From: Mobula hypostoma
Taxonomy: Eukaryota
Assembly (NCBI RefSeq): GCF_963921235.1
Contig: NC_086108.1
Span: forward strand, 58,530,001 to 58,594,000
Length of the DNA stretch: 64,000 nucleotides
Reading direction: 5' to 3'
This document shows positions 12,542-24,363 of this stretch, in pieces. The notes below the pieces were generated by a model. The model was not told the DNA's origin and ran no database searches. It saw only the letters and a program-made list of their open reading frames with translations. Position numbers and translations under genes: made by a program. Each line of letters begins with the position of its first letter. Position 1 is the stretch's first letter.

Positions 12542-12641
12542 AGTTAGTCCTGACGAAGGGTCTCGGCCTGAAACGTCGACTGCACCTCTTCCTAGAGATG
12601 CTGCCTGGCCTGCTGCGTTCACCAGCAACCTTTATGTGTGT
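12542..12641 (+). mobile_element. 100-bp Penelope-terminus mini-insertion carrying a hammerhead ribozyme
   Basis: 13-bp TSD TGCTGCCATGTTT at 12529-12541 and 12642-12654; sequence matches the Penelope 3' end at ~40198-40297. Confidence 0.9.
12545..12582 (+). ncRNA. Minimal hammerhead ribozyme, intact core (predicted cleavage after C12577)
   Basis: TAGTC-CTGACGA-AGGGTCTCGGCCT-GAAA-CG-TC-GACTG: CUGANGA and GAAA boxes, stem I, stem II AGG/CCT, palindromic ACGT in place of stem III. Confidence 0.85.
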
Positions 12642-13189
12642 TGCTGCCATGTTTTCTTTGATTGACTGCAAATGAGCAAAATCAGTGCAGATAATGGACT
12701 GCCTTCATACAATACTTTTGCCAATTGCATCCTCCAAATCTTGGTTTTTAATGAAACATTCAAAATAATTGCCTATACCTTCAAATTCTTTGTAGTTTCT
12801 AACTTGTAGTGAAATCATTTAGTTTTCACTGCTGGCAGTTTCTGGCATCTCCAAGCCATAAATGCTTGAAACTGCAGTGCGCAAACATTTCTGAATTCTT
12901 AATGCTTATTTCTCACCAACTGTCAGTGACAATGATCACTGCTTTTTGAACACAAACACATGCAACTGATGCTCCTTAAGAAGTGTTCGCTGCTGAGCAC
13001 AGTGTAGTGTTCTACGGCAGCACAAAGTGCATACGATGGTTGGTAATCAGAAATGTTCGGCGAAGTGCCCCCAAATAAATGAGGGGAATCCCGACAATTT
13101 TCTCAATTAGTTTTTGTTCTTTAAGAGTTGTCTCAGATAAGCAGCTGCTCCGATTAACTGGAATCCACGGTATTAATTTACAATAAAAT

Positions 13190-13888
13190 TGTGGGGAAAA
13201 GATTTAAAACTATTAACAGTGTACGAGGTCTCTTCTTTGTATGTTAAATTTAAAATAGCTTCTTTGTTATGTTAATCTTTTAAATTGCTGCGTATGTGGA
13301 TTATAATGGTTTCTATGTTATGTTAAATGCTGAGAAAGTCTCCAGCTAGACATTTGCTTGGGTGAATACAGACAGCAGGGAGCTATTAGCCAATGGGTAT
13401 TCATGTTATTGTTCTTCGGATGATAATGCTATCTCATATGACTGGGAACGGGGGTTTTTGGCGGGGAGTCGGAGGAGAGACGGGGAGGATGGTGGACGTG
13501 GGAAAAGGCTCCGGTTGATCACTCCGGGCGGTCCCAAGCCACGAGTCGACGGGGTCCAGGCGGTCCCGAGCCGCGAGTCGACGGGGTCCGGGTGGTCGTC
13601 GGGAATTTCTGAGCTCCAACTTGTGCACGAAGAACTTGAACCTTGATAAGTCTGGCGCTTTTTTTCTCCATTACTTCCTTTTCTGTATCGAACGTATTAA
13701 TTTCATAGACTTAGTAATATCTATAAAGTGTACCTGGTAAAAGGTACTGTGGGTGCTGGCTGATGATTGTTGATTGGGATTGATTTGGGTGGCTGTGGTA
13801 CAGCAACTGACCCAGCGGGAAGTGTCCAGGCCGGTGCCAGGCGGGATTTCCCCTAGACATATATGAGCCAATATAGCGGAGCGTTACA
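13190..13888. mobile_element. Probable solo LTR
   Basis: TG...CA bounded (ends GCGTTACA), CpG-rich core with an internal ~32-bp tandem duplication. No convincing TSD and the left boundary is uncertain. Confidence 0.45.
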
Positions 13889-15239
13889 ACTTAATGAAGA
13901 CAAATAGATAGTAATTACTGTTAATCTTTTGCCAGCAACTTAGAATAAATTATAAGAATGATTGCAAATTAATTTAATTCCATGTATGACCGGTGTAGCT
14001 GTATGGCACCTTTTTTAAAAAAAAAAGTTGCCAGAGGATCATAGTTTTACAGTATGTCACACTTTTTACCAAATTTAGAAAACAATGTTCCCTGTAAAGG
14101 GAGACTTGTTGAATTGTTAATAGATCCATGTGCTGTAGACAGTGTTGGCCAGGTTTTTGCCTAGAGCTGAGAGATTGTTTCTCAAATGATACTATTTTTA
14201 CTGGCCTTAACCAGATCCTCTGGCAATATTTAAGAACTTGTATTGCCTTGGGCTATACCAGTTCACAATACACTTCACTTGTTGATATCCAGTCATCCGG
14301 ATCCTACATGATGTCACCACTCTTCATGAAGCTCTACCGAGCTAATGACAGTTTTGTCTCAGTTGTGATCTCATTTTAGCAACACTCAGCAGCTCTAGCT
14401 GGTGCGTACGCTAGGAGCCATGTAACTTTGTCTCAACATGGTAGCTGCTTTAAAATGAAGGAGCCATGGAAGCACTCAGGGTACCTTGCATGGATGATGA
14501 GAAAGTTCATCGTGTGGTTGACTACAACTGGAATGTTGAGGAACAGGAAGACCTCATCATTCAAAAAGAACTGTAGGATCTGAAAGGTAGTTTGAAGTGA
14601 TACATAACCAAAAGTGTTGAATCTTTGGCAATTGTCTTAAATTTCTGAGAGGGCTGAAATTTATTGAGACGGGAGATGTGTAGTTCTTGAATATCATACC
14701 CACATTCAGTAATGAGCCCTTCTATATTCCCAGACTAGCAATGTTACAAGATAGTGGCTGTTTGCGGAGCAAACAATGTTATCTAAACTTTCTTGGTTTA
14801 CGTGTAGCCAAATGGAAAATCTTTTTGAAAGCATCACCGAGTTCCATCTGATACTACTGCAATATGGTATTACCTGAGAATAGCTGTCACTAGTGATAAA
14901 ATTCTATCACCCACACTCACGTATCACATACTGGACTGTGACTTTCTAGAATGATCCAAAACAGTCAGAAAATAGTTGTATCATGTTTCATTCTATGAAA
15001 GTTTGATTTTCATTTGTGAAATGTTTGAAAAAAATCAACAATGTGTCCTCAGACTGTACAATTTTATTCAAATTAAAATATATTAATTTCTTTATATTTA
15101 GTTTTAACCTGGTTCTATATGAAACTAAAATACAGTAATCTCTACACAATTTTCAAATCAAAATGCTGTTCTTTATTATGATGTACAATAAATTTAACCC
15201 TTAAGCACCTGGATTTATTACACACACTCACGAATGATT

Positions 15240-16210
15240 CAGGAAATACTGGAAGCTCTTAAGATTGGAAATGTCACTCCACTCTTTAACAAGAGAGGAA
15301 GGCAAAGAAAAGGGAATTATAGGCCGGTTAGCTTAACCTCAGTGGTTGTGAAAGTGGTGGAGTCTATTATTAAGGTCGAGCTTTTAGGGTGCTTGGAGAC
15401 TAATGATAAAATAAATCAAAGTCAGCATGGTTTCTGTGAAGGGAAATCTTGCCTAACAAATCTAAATGGGGAGAAGGTTCAAACATCAGAGGTGCAAGAC
15501 TCCCAAAAGGTTAATTTACAGGTTGAATCTGTGGTAAAGAATGCAAATGCAATGTTGGCATTTATTTCAAGGAGAATAGAATATAAAAGCAGGGAGATAA
15601 TATTGAGCCTTTATAAGACACTCGTCAGGCCACACTTGGGAGTATTGTCAACAGTTTTGGGCCCCATATCTCAGGATGTTTGTCATTGGAGAGAGTCTGG
15701 AGGAGGTCTGCAAGGATGAATCTGGGAATGAAGGTGTTAACATACAAGGAGCATTTGGCAGCTTTGGGCCTGTACTCACTGGAATTTAGAAGAACGCGGG
15801 GGCTGGTGGTGGTGGAGGGGCATGGAATTCTCATTGAAACCTGCCAAAAGTTGAAAGGACTTGATAGGGTGGGTGTGGAGAGGATGTTTCCTATGGTAGG
15901 AGTATCCAGAACTAGAAGGCACAACCTCAAAATAGAGGGGCCACCCTGTACAACAGAGGTAAGGAAGAATTTTTTTTTAGCCAGAGAGTGGTGAATCTGG
16001 AATACTCTGCCACAGACTGCAGTGGAGGCAAGTCCATGGGTATATTTAAGACAGAAGTTGATCATTTCTTGATCAATCAGGGCATCAAAGGATATGGTGA
16101 GAAGGTAGGTGTGTGGAGTTGAGTGGGATCTGGGATCAGCCATGACTGAATGGTGGAGCAGACTCAAAGGGCCAAATGGCCTAATTCTGCTCCTATGTCT
16201 TATGGTCTTA
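15240..16210 (+). mobile_element. CR1 LINE 3' fragment with internal deletion
   Basis: GNYRPVSLTSVV, QHGFCEGKSCLTNL, LYKTLVRPHL, LGLYSLEFRR; CR1 3' tail TATGTCTTATGGTCTTA. Confidence 0.9.
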
Positions 16211-17013
16211 GAGGGTCTTAAAATTGACAAAATTCAAGTCTTAGGTGTTGAAAATGGTCTCTTTTTTAACGCAATGCTACTAGAATGCTTTCAGCATTGA
16301 TAAATACATCAAGCATCTTGGCACCAATTACAATGCAATCAACAGCAAATTATACACAAACACTTGATAAAATTGACTTCATTCAAAAGTTGGGTATCCT
16401 TTGTCTAGATTCTAAAAGGACCAAGTATGCCACTGTGTTGCTGGTAAAATCCTGTCAGTTGCTGCACTTACACTTTAATTTTTGAGAGTTATCAGAAACA
16501 AGGTATAAGGTCCCACTTGTTTGGTGTGAGAACGACTGCCAAATATTCTGAAACAAATCTGCTTCACATTTGCAATCTAAGTCTACTTTCACAAACATTG
16601 TTTTGATGGCTTTCTCTGAATGACAATAAATGCCTTTTCAGGTGAGAAGAGTGGGAAGATGCAATTCATTGAATATACATGTATAAGAAAGTCTGCTTAG
16701 CAATTTGACCTTTGACATCTATTTGAGAGGCAATCAGACTGAAAAGAGAATGAATTTTAAGTGAATGTTATGTGAAAAGATGATGGGAAAGTGCCTAGCA
16801 GGGAAAGAAACATGGAATAGGTTAATCTTTCATAGGATACATACAACATATTTTGAATCGGATCAAAAACAAACAAATCTCACACAGGAGCACCTCCAAA
16901 AGGTGCCCTATGCTCTGCTCAGAGTGGAAGTTTTAAATGAATAATTTGACATCTGTCTCTGTACAATAATACTACAGATTTATTTGCCTTCCAAAACAAA
17001 AAATACATAGTGA

Positions 17014-17144
17014 GCAACAGGAATTCTGAAGATGCTGGAAATTCAAGCAACACACATCAAAGTTGCTGGTGAATGCAGCAGGCCAGGCAGCATCTCCAGG
17101 AAGAGGTACAGTTGACGTTTCAGGCCGAGACCCTTCGTCAGGAC
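17014..17144 (-). mobile_element. 131-bp Penelope-terminus mini-insertion with hammerhead ribozyme (core intact, ~17109-17144)
   Basis: 12-bp TSD AATACATAGTGA at 17002-17013 and 17145-17156; reverse complement GTC-CTGACGA-AGGGTCTCGGCCT-GAAA-CGTC-AAC. Confidence 0.88.
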
Positions 17145-17337
17145 AATACATAGTGAAATAACTTCTCCGACAACTTCCCTACCATTTGGTCTCAAGCTCA
17201 CCACCAGTAGTTTCCAGACTATCCTTGCATCCATTTTTGAATATTAGCTAGCCTCAAGTCTTCTAATAAAAATGCAAAAAAAAACAAAATCACTATTAGA
17301 GCCTCAACAATGTGTTAGAACCCTGAAACACTAATGA

Positions 17338-17425
17338 TGATAGACAATAGGTGCAGGAGTAGGCCATTCGGCCCTTTGAGCCAGCACCACCATTCACTGT
17401 GATCATGGCTGATCATCCACAATCA
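17338..17425 (-). mobile_element. CR1 3'-end fragment
   Basis: Near-identical to the CR1 3' terminus at ~33870-33955. Confidence 0.75.
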
Positions 17426-19467
17426 GCACAATGAGTTACAATATTTGTAACAACTCTTCCTTTCCGATACAGGCATGCATTTTATAACACTAACACAAAC
17501 ACACGCACGCAGGCACGCATATGCCTTCCTTAACCTCTCCAGCCTTCCTGTTCTTCTGCTGCTGGTGAATGCCAGTGAGAACTATTTTTTAGTAACTCGT
17601 TATGTCCTCTGGTTACACAAATATTTGCCCTTCATGACACCTTTGCTGCCGATTCAACAGAATTTTCCCTCTACTTCACAAAAGGCCCCCAAGCCTAGAT
17701 CCGTTGAACTCAGCAGAAACGCAAGCATTTTATGTGTGTTGCTCTGGACTTCCGGCATCTACGGAAAGTCTTGTGTTTATGGAACTAGTCTGAATTCTCA
17801 GTGAAAGGCTGGAAACTTCTGCACTTCTTAGAGAGCCACTGTTCAAATATCCACAATATTCTGTCTTTGCTTTTGTTCTGTGGAATTGAGGAACTAGTAT
17901 AAATGTGAAGTGCTATTTAATACATTGCTGAAGCAGGTACCAGCCTACAGCTGAGAATAAAATCCTGTTAATTCACTTCTTTTTCACCCTCTTGCAATAT
18001 ACCTGCTTTCTTCAGCGATCCCATCCCATACCAATGTGCCATCTCTTACTGCATGCCTTCCTGACAGCTACTGCCCCCACTGTCATCACTACACCCTCAT
18101 GTCCCAGATTCAAATCTCTGAGCGTCCCACCGCCAAGGTTCTAATGTTCTACAGCCAGAGGTTCTTACAAGGTTCTTCTGCCACAGCCCTTTCTTCTCAC
18201 TGCCGCACTGACCAACAAATATGGTCACAGGCAAAGGCATTTCACTCCGCTGTTTATGGTGCAGTTTTGAGTTTTCAAGCAGTCAAGAGAAAAAAAATGT
18301 TCACCACAATTTCCCTTTAATTGCTAAGTATCTAAGGAAAGGTCACAAGATACCCTTTAGAATGATCAGCATATTTCTACTCTTTAAAAGGTCGTTTTTC
18401 ATAACTGCTATGTCATTTTAGTTAGAACGATACAATTCACATAAATCATGAATAGGAGAAATGGAGATCGTTAATCTACCTAGTAAAACATTATTCAGTC
18501 ATGTTTACTTTTGAAAACCTCCCTAGAAAATGGACAAATCACTGTTCTTTGGGAAGATATTGTCAAAGTTTCTGTTTGTAAAATGTCTATTACACTTTGT
18601 TTACCTTAGTTATGCATTACTATTGCTGTAAATTTTGGAAACTTGAAGTACTGAAGTTATGAGGGAAAGATCTGGGCAACATCTTTGGTTAAAAGTATTG
18701 CCTCATTGCGTATCATTTTAAAAATGATTTGACCATTTTGTTTTAAACTCAAAAGAGAAAACAAGGCGTTGGAATCCCTTGTTCATAAGTCATACAGTTA
18801 GAGCAAGTGTGAAGTCTAAATGATAGATCTTAACGAAAAGTTAAAATGCAGATTTATCGTGATACTACCCAAGTCTGAGGTGCTTCAACTGAAACAACAG
18901 GTTAACACTTGGTTGAGAATGGACTGTTTTCTATACTTGAGAACCATAGAAAGGGAATATCTGTAAAAGATCAGAACATAGAGGTGTGTGTACAAGTTGG
19001 CAGTTGAGTCAGAAATTGTGTCAATATTTAAAGATAGATTGGATTAATGGATGGGAAAAGGGATTAAGTGCACTTAAAAGTGCTCTGGTCTGATGAAATG
19101 ACGACTTTTCTATTGTAATTTCCATTATTTATTTTGTGTCAAGGCTGCACCATTGACAGCAATGTGCAAGATCCCTTCTTACACAGGGGCTTGATGGAAT
19201 TGAAATAGAGACTGATTATCCTGAAGGAGAAGTGTGGGAAATCCAGAATCTAGGCATGGAAATCCAGAAAGGGGAAAAAGCATCAAAGATAGATCATGTG
19301 AAAATAAAAAGTGAAGAAATTTGCAGCAAAAGTTATGAAATTTGAGTTTTGTATGAGTGTGTGGGAAACTACACCAGTACAGGTGACATCTACATTATGA
19401 ACAGGTTACATTCCTAGAAAAGGGTCTGTATTGTGACTTCCCATAATGCAAAGCCAAATTATCTCTG

Positions 19468-19567
19468 AACAACAGGAATCCTGCAGATGCTGGAAATTCA
19501 AGTAACACACATCAAAGTTGCTGGTGAACGCAGCAGGCCAGGCAGCACCTCTAGGAAGAGGTACAGT
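19468..19567 (-). mobile_element. 100-bp Penelope-terminus mini-insertion lacking the ribozyme core
   Basis: 13-bp TSD CAAATTATCTCTG at 19455-19467 and 19568-19580. Confidence 0.9.
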
Positions 19568-19839
19568 CAAATTATCTCTGCATTCATTAAGTGCGATGAA
19601 TAATCACTTCACAGGGCCTGAGGGCCTTATTATTATCTTCAGCTTTCTAGCACAGTAGCATGACCTTGCCAAAGGATCAGAGTTGTTTTTGAAGAGGTTA
19701 GATTTCCCACTAATGTTCCTTGCTCAGCTTCTTATTGTAAAGAAGGAAACAGTGAAGTCTCGTAAACAGTGAAGACTTGCAGTGAAGTCTTACATTGTTT
19801 AATCTGTGTAAAACAATGGGGTTAAGTTAATTCAACCAA

Positions 19840-20324
19840 TGCACATCAAAGTTGCTGGTGAACGCAGCAGGTGAGGCAGCATCTCTAGGAAAAGGTACAG
19901 TCGACGTTTCAGGCCGGGACCCTCCGTCAGGACTAACTGAAGGGAGAGCTAGTAAGAGATTTGAAAGTGGGAGGGGGAGGGGAGATCCAAAATGATAGGA
20001 GAAGACAGGAGGGGGAGGGATGGAGACAAGATCTGGACAGGTGATTGGCAAAAGGGATATGAGAGGATCATGGGACAGGAGGCCCAGGGAGAAGGGAGAA
20101 GGAAAAAGGAGGAGGTGGGGGGAAACCCAGAGGATGGGCAAGGGGTATAGTCAGAGGGACAGAGGGAGAAAAAGGAGAGTGAGAGAAAGAATGTGTGTAT
20201 ATAAATAACGGATGGGGTATGAGGGGGAGGTGGGGCATTAACGGAAGTTAGAGAAGTCAATGTTCATGCCATCAGGTTGGAGGCTACCCAGACGGAATAT
20301 AAGGTGTTGTTCCTCCAACCTGAG
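19840..20324 (-). mobile_element. Penelope-like 3' fragment (end of GIY-YIG ORF, 3'UTR, hammerhead at 19898-19935 with CTGACGG variant)
   Basis: High similarity to 39830-40297; LEEQHLIFRLGSLQPDGMNIDFSNFR on the minus strand. Confidence 0.88.
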
Positions 20325-21104
20325 TTATGTTAAATTGTCTTGCTTCAAACGAGACAGCACTAGCTATGTTATTAGCACCAGTATGACTGAGTTCAAGGAA
20401 GCGTGCATACCAAACCAGTTTCACCATTTAGCACATCAAACATGGTCACAGGTATCAATCAATAGTTGGGATATTTGTGTACTCAGAAAGTCAACCTTCA
20501 TAGCATTAATTTTGGGTATCTGGTATCTCTGTCTCCAGAGGCTTTCAGGCCATCTGTGTGAATTATTTTGTCCAAATTATTTTGTATCTGAAAAACATCA
20601 CATACAGATAATGTCAACTAGTAACAAAGCATTATAAATGTTAGGAAGCATTGAGGATTGCTAGAAATGACAAGGAGAATGACAGAAAAATGAGGTGACA
20701 GAAAGCAAAACTAGAATTCATTCCTCAACCTGAGACGGATGACTCATTCATCAGTGACTTGTTGGTATGGTCTTTTAGTTCATAAGATTTATACCTGTGT
20801 TGGGAAATCCTTTGTCGTTTATAAGTGTTTTGTGACTTGGAAATCTTTCATAAATCAGAAATCCTCTGTGAGCGTTAAATGTGAGAATGACCTACTTCTG
20901 CTTCTAAAACTTATGGTCTTATGGTGTTAAGAATTGTTGGTCTAAAATAAAACATGTATCATTAAAAATAAAATAAACTATGTTTAAACTACTCTGTTAG
21001 TGGATATTGGCAGCTAGACTTCATTACAGAGACTAGACAGGGAAGTAAAGTAGATAGGGAACTAGCCTTGAAAGACTTGTTGATACAGTCTCTCTATAAT
21101 GAGA

Positions 21105-21887
21105 GTATCTGCATCAGCTGGAAAAATGGGCAGAAAAATTGCAGATGGAATTTAATGCAGACAAGTTCAAGGTGTAGCACTTCGGTAGGAACAGCCAGGG
21201 CGGGTCTTACACAGTGAATGGTAGGGCTCTGAGGAGAGTGGGAGAACAAAGGTCTAGGAATACAGGTCTATAATTCGTTGAGAGTAGTGTCACAGGTTGT
21301 AAAGAAAGCCTTTAGCATAATGGCCTTCATATGTACTGAGTACTGCAGATGGGATATTATGTTGACATTGTACAAGATGTTGGTGAGGCCTAAGTTGGAG
21401 TATTGTGTGCAGTTTTGGTCACCTACCTACAGGAAAAATGTAAATGAGGTTGTAAGAGTACAGAGAAAGTTTACAAGGATGTTGTCGGGTCTGAAGGACC
21501 TGAGTTATAAGGAAAGTTTGGGTAGCTTAGGACTTTATTCTTTACAACGTAGAAGATTGAGAGTAGATTTGATAGAGGTATACAAAATTGTGAGGTGTAT
21601 ACATAGGGTAAATGCACTGAGGTTGGGTTAGAGGTTAATGGTGAAAGAGGAATATGAGGGGAAACTTCTTCACTCAAAAGGTCATGAGAGAGTGGAATGT
21701 TAGCACAAGTGGTGCATGCGAGCTCAATTTCAACATTTAAGAAAGGTTTGGATAGATACATTGATGGTAGGATATGGAGGCCTATGGTCCCGGTGCAGTT
21801 CGATGAGAGTAGGCCATTTAAATGGTTTCGGCATGGACTCGATGGGCTGAAGGGCCTGTTTCTGTGCTGTACTTCTCTATGACTCTA
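21105..21887 (+). mobile_element. CR1 LINE 3' fragment
   Basis: LYKMLVRPKLEYCVQFWSP, LGLYSLQRRRLR; tail CTCTATGACTCTA. Confidence 0.88.
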
Positions 21888-22189
21888 CTCGTAGATAGCT
21901 ACATGAGATAGGACTTAAAATCTCCTTTAAGTTCAGTGCTTTGCAGACAGTGAACCCAATACCATCACACAAGAAGCAGGAATTTAAAAATGTTTGGTGT
22001 TCTCCCCCACCCACGCATAAATTCTAAGGGAGTAACGTTTGTTGTGTATCTCGAATTTTTGCATAGTTTTATGAATTCTGTTCGGGTGAATTTATGTTAT
22101 CTGAATGACTGTAACGCATGGTCACCTATACAGCAATCTAGAAAGCGAGGCTAGAAGGGTTCTGATAGGACTCAAACAGGAAAAGGTGT

Positions 22190-22900
22190 AGTTTGGACTT
22201 GCTTTTGGAAGGGTAGTTATGGGAACCTATGCAAGTGGAGAATTTTTAAAAATATGAGGACAAGTTCAGCCAGGTGAAAGAATGTTGGTTTGGCTTCTGT
22301 TCAAAATAGTAGAGAAAGTTCTTCAGGTTCTCAGATGTGGGATGGGGGTCCAATTCTGTGGGCCCATGGTAATAATGACCTATTTGGGACCAGAGAATTG
22401 GAGAAGGTCAAAATGGCAGAGGACTTCAGACTTCAGAGATGCAAGTTAAAAAGTACTGGACTGAAGAGAAAGAATGGAATCAAGAAAAGAAATAGTAAGT
22501 TCTATGGGGCAAAAGCAGGCTGAAACAATGGGTTTACTCACTTGTGGATCTTGGGCAGGAGGTGCAATTATACTGAGTAAGTTGGGGAACTTCAAGGCTG
22601 GAAGAAGTGGGGGAAAAATTGCCTATGTAAATAAGGTCCATGACTACCTGGGAGACAGTGACCTGATATTCAGTAGGGTGGTCAGTTCCAGTGGCAGGTA
22701 TTGTGCTGCATCTTAGAGCAGGTGATTGGCCTTTACCATATAGAGATCAGTTCACCAAAGTGTAATAATAACACCCTTAATCATGAGCTTGACAATGATG
22801 CAGGGGATATTTCGTCAACTGAGTGCTACAAATTCAGAAAGGGGTGGTTTAGACACAGAAGGGATTGGAAAAATCAAGATGATCAATATCATGTGAACAG
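22190..22900 (-). mobile_element. Highly decayed Penelope-like RT fragment
   Basis: 22345-22410 resembles the reverse complement of the Penelope QxxGxxMGxxxGP region. No intact ORF. Confidence 0.35.
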
Positions 22901-24363
22901 CTAAAATAGGTCTAGAGAGGGTAAGAGGCCAGAATGAGATGGTCTAAATAGATCTGTGATTTTTCACAGAAAGAGAAAAGATGTACATTTTGGGGTGAAA
23001 ACTCCTGGCCAAAGAAATTAATACAAGATAGAGATGGCAGAAAAACAGATTCACATCAATTCAGGATTAGAATTCATGAAGATAGGAACATAAATGAATG
23101 AAGTTGTGGCCTCTTCTGGGGACTGACTGTTCGGAATCAGAAGGGGGAATATCAGTGGGGATGGTGTAATAACACAGGATATAAAATGTGGTAAGTGATG
23201 GGGTTCGACTCATAGACTCGTCTATGCTGATCAGGTTACCCACTAGAACTAATCTCATTGGCCCGCAAATCCCATTTCCCTCTATCTGTTTTTCTGTTTA
23301 GTTTCTCGATGTATTGTTCTAGAAAACTTATCAAAATGCATTCTGTAAACTCATCATTGGCATTACTTCTGCAAGTTTAGTTTGTCTAGTCTGTAAGAAG
23401 ATTAAAGCTCTATACAATTACTGTATTAATCCTGTTACCTGCTCCTTTAATGTCCTCTTCTGTATTCTGTCCAACAATATGATTACTAGAGTGTCTATAA
23501 TATTCCTGCTAATGTTTTCTGTTCTTTATAATTTCTTAGTGCTATCAATAATGTTTCAACATCCCAATATTCTAAGTTAAGGCTCTTATTTTCTAGAGTT
23601 TACCCTATCCATTATTATCAGAGCTACCTTATACTCTTCATTTTTTCTTTTTCGTGAAGTAGTCAAGCACACGGGCATAGTTAGTTCTCAAAAAGAGTAG
23701 CATGTAACCAGAGCTCAGCAATGGGATTCAATCAAAATATATTTCAGCTTTATCATGGCTACCTTTTTATAGATACTGTGTGCACTTTCCATTTTGCAAG
23801 CTCCACTTGAACGGTGCCTCGATTAAACTGCTGCTTCTCCCTTTAAAATTTTATTATCATCTCGACAGTTAGCTCAGAGTTCAGTCCTGTTGGATAGAGT
23901 AAACACCAAAGGTCTTCCAAATGCAATTTAAAGTTCATCTTTAATTATGGCTCCAATTTATAAAAATGCTGAATTAAATAAGAATGCAGCCTTCCCGTCT
24001 GTGAGGGGACTCAATGGACCAAATGGCCTAACTCTGCTCCTATATCTTATGGTCCTATCATGGTGGAAGCCAATACTGTCTTCAACGATGACTTGAGTAA
24101 CTGCCCCCCCCAACTGGAGATCCCCCTCCCAAGCCCCGGTTTTGTTACCAGTTGTCCTGCCTCTCACGTCACCCAGCAAAACACAAACTAAACCATGAAT
24201 ATGGATCTAATTCTGTTACTCTGAGTAGACAATTTAACTATCATTTTCTCCTTAAGCTGTTTATTATTGCAGTCAAGAAGGTATTTTGATAACGTCATTG
24301 AATATCTAGGAATTGATTGTGTTCAAAATACTAGATTTTATATTTAAAGATCAGGGTATGAAA

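Larger units (their letters stand above)
12300..13170. mobile_element. Eroded Tigger/pogo-like non-autonomous DNA transposon
   Basis: Right end CCGATTAACTGGAATCCACGG-TA and left TTAATTGGGACA...GTACATTTTGGCCC resemble Tigger termini. Recognised from memory; left TIR incomplete. Confidence 0.5.

Noticed and set aside
19748..19792. Triple CAGTGAAG(T/A)CT micro-repeat
   Set aside because: Short local slippage duplication with no further structure.
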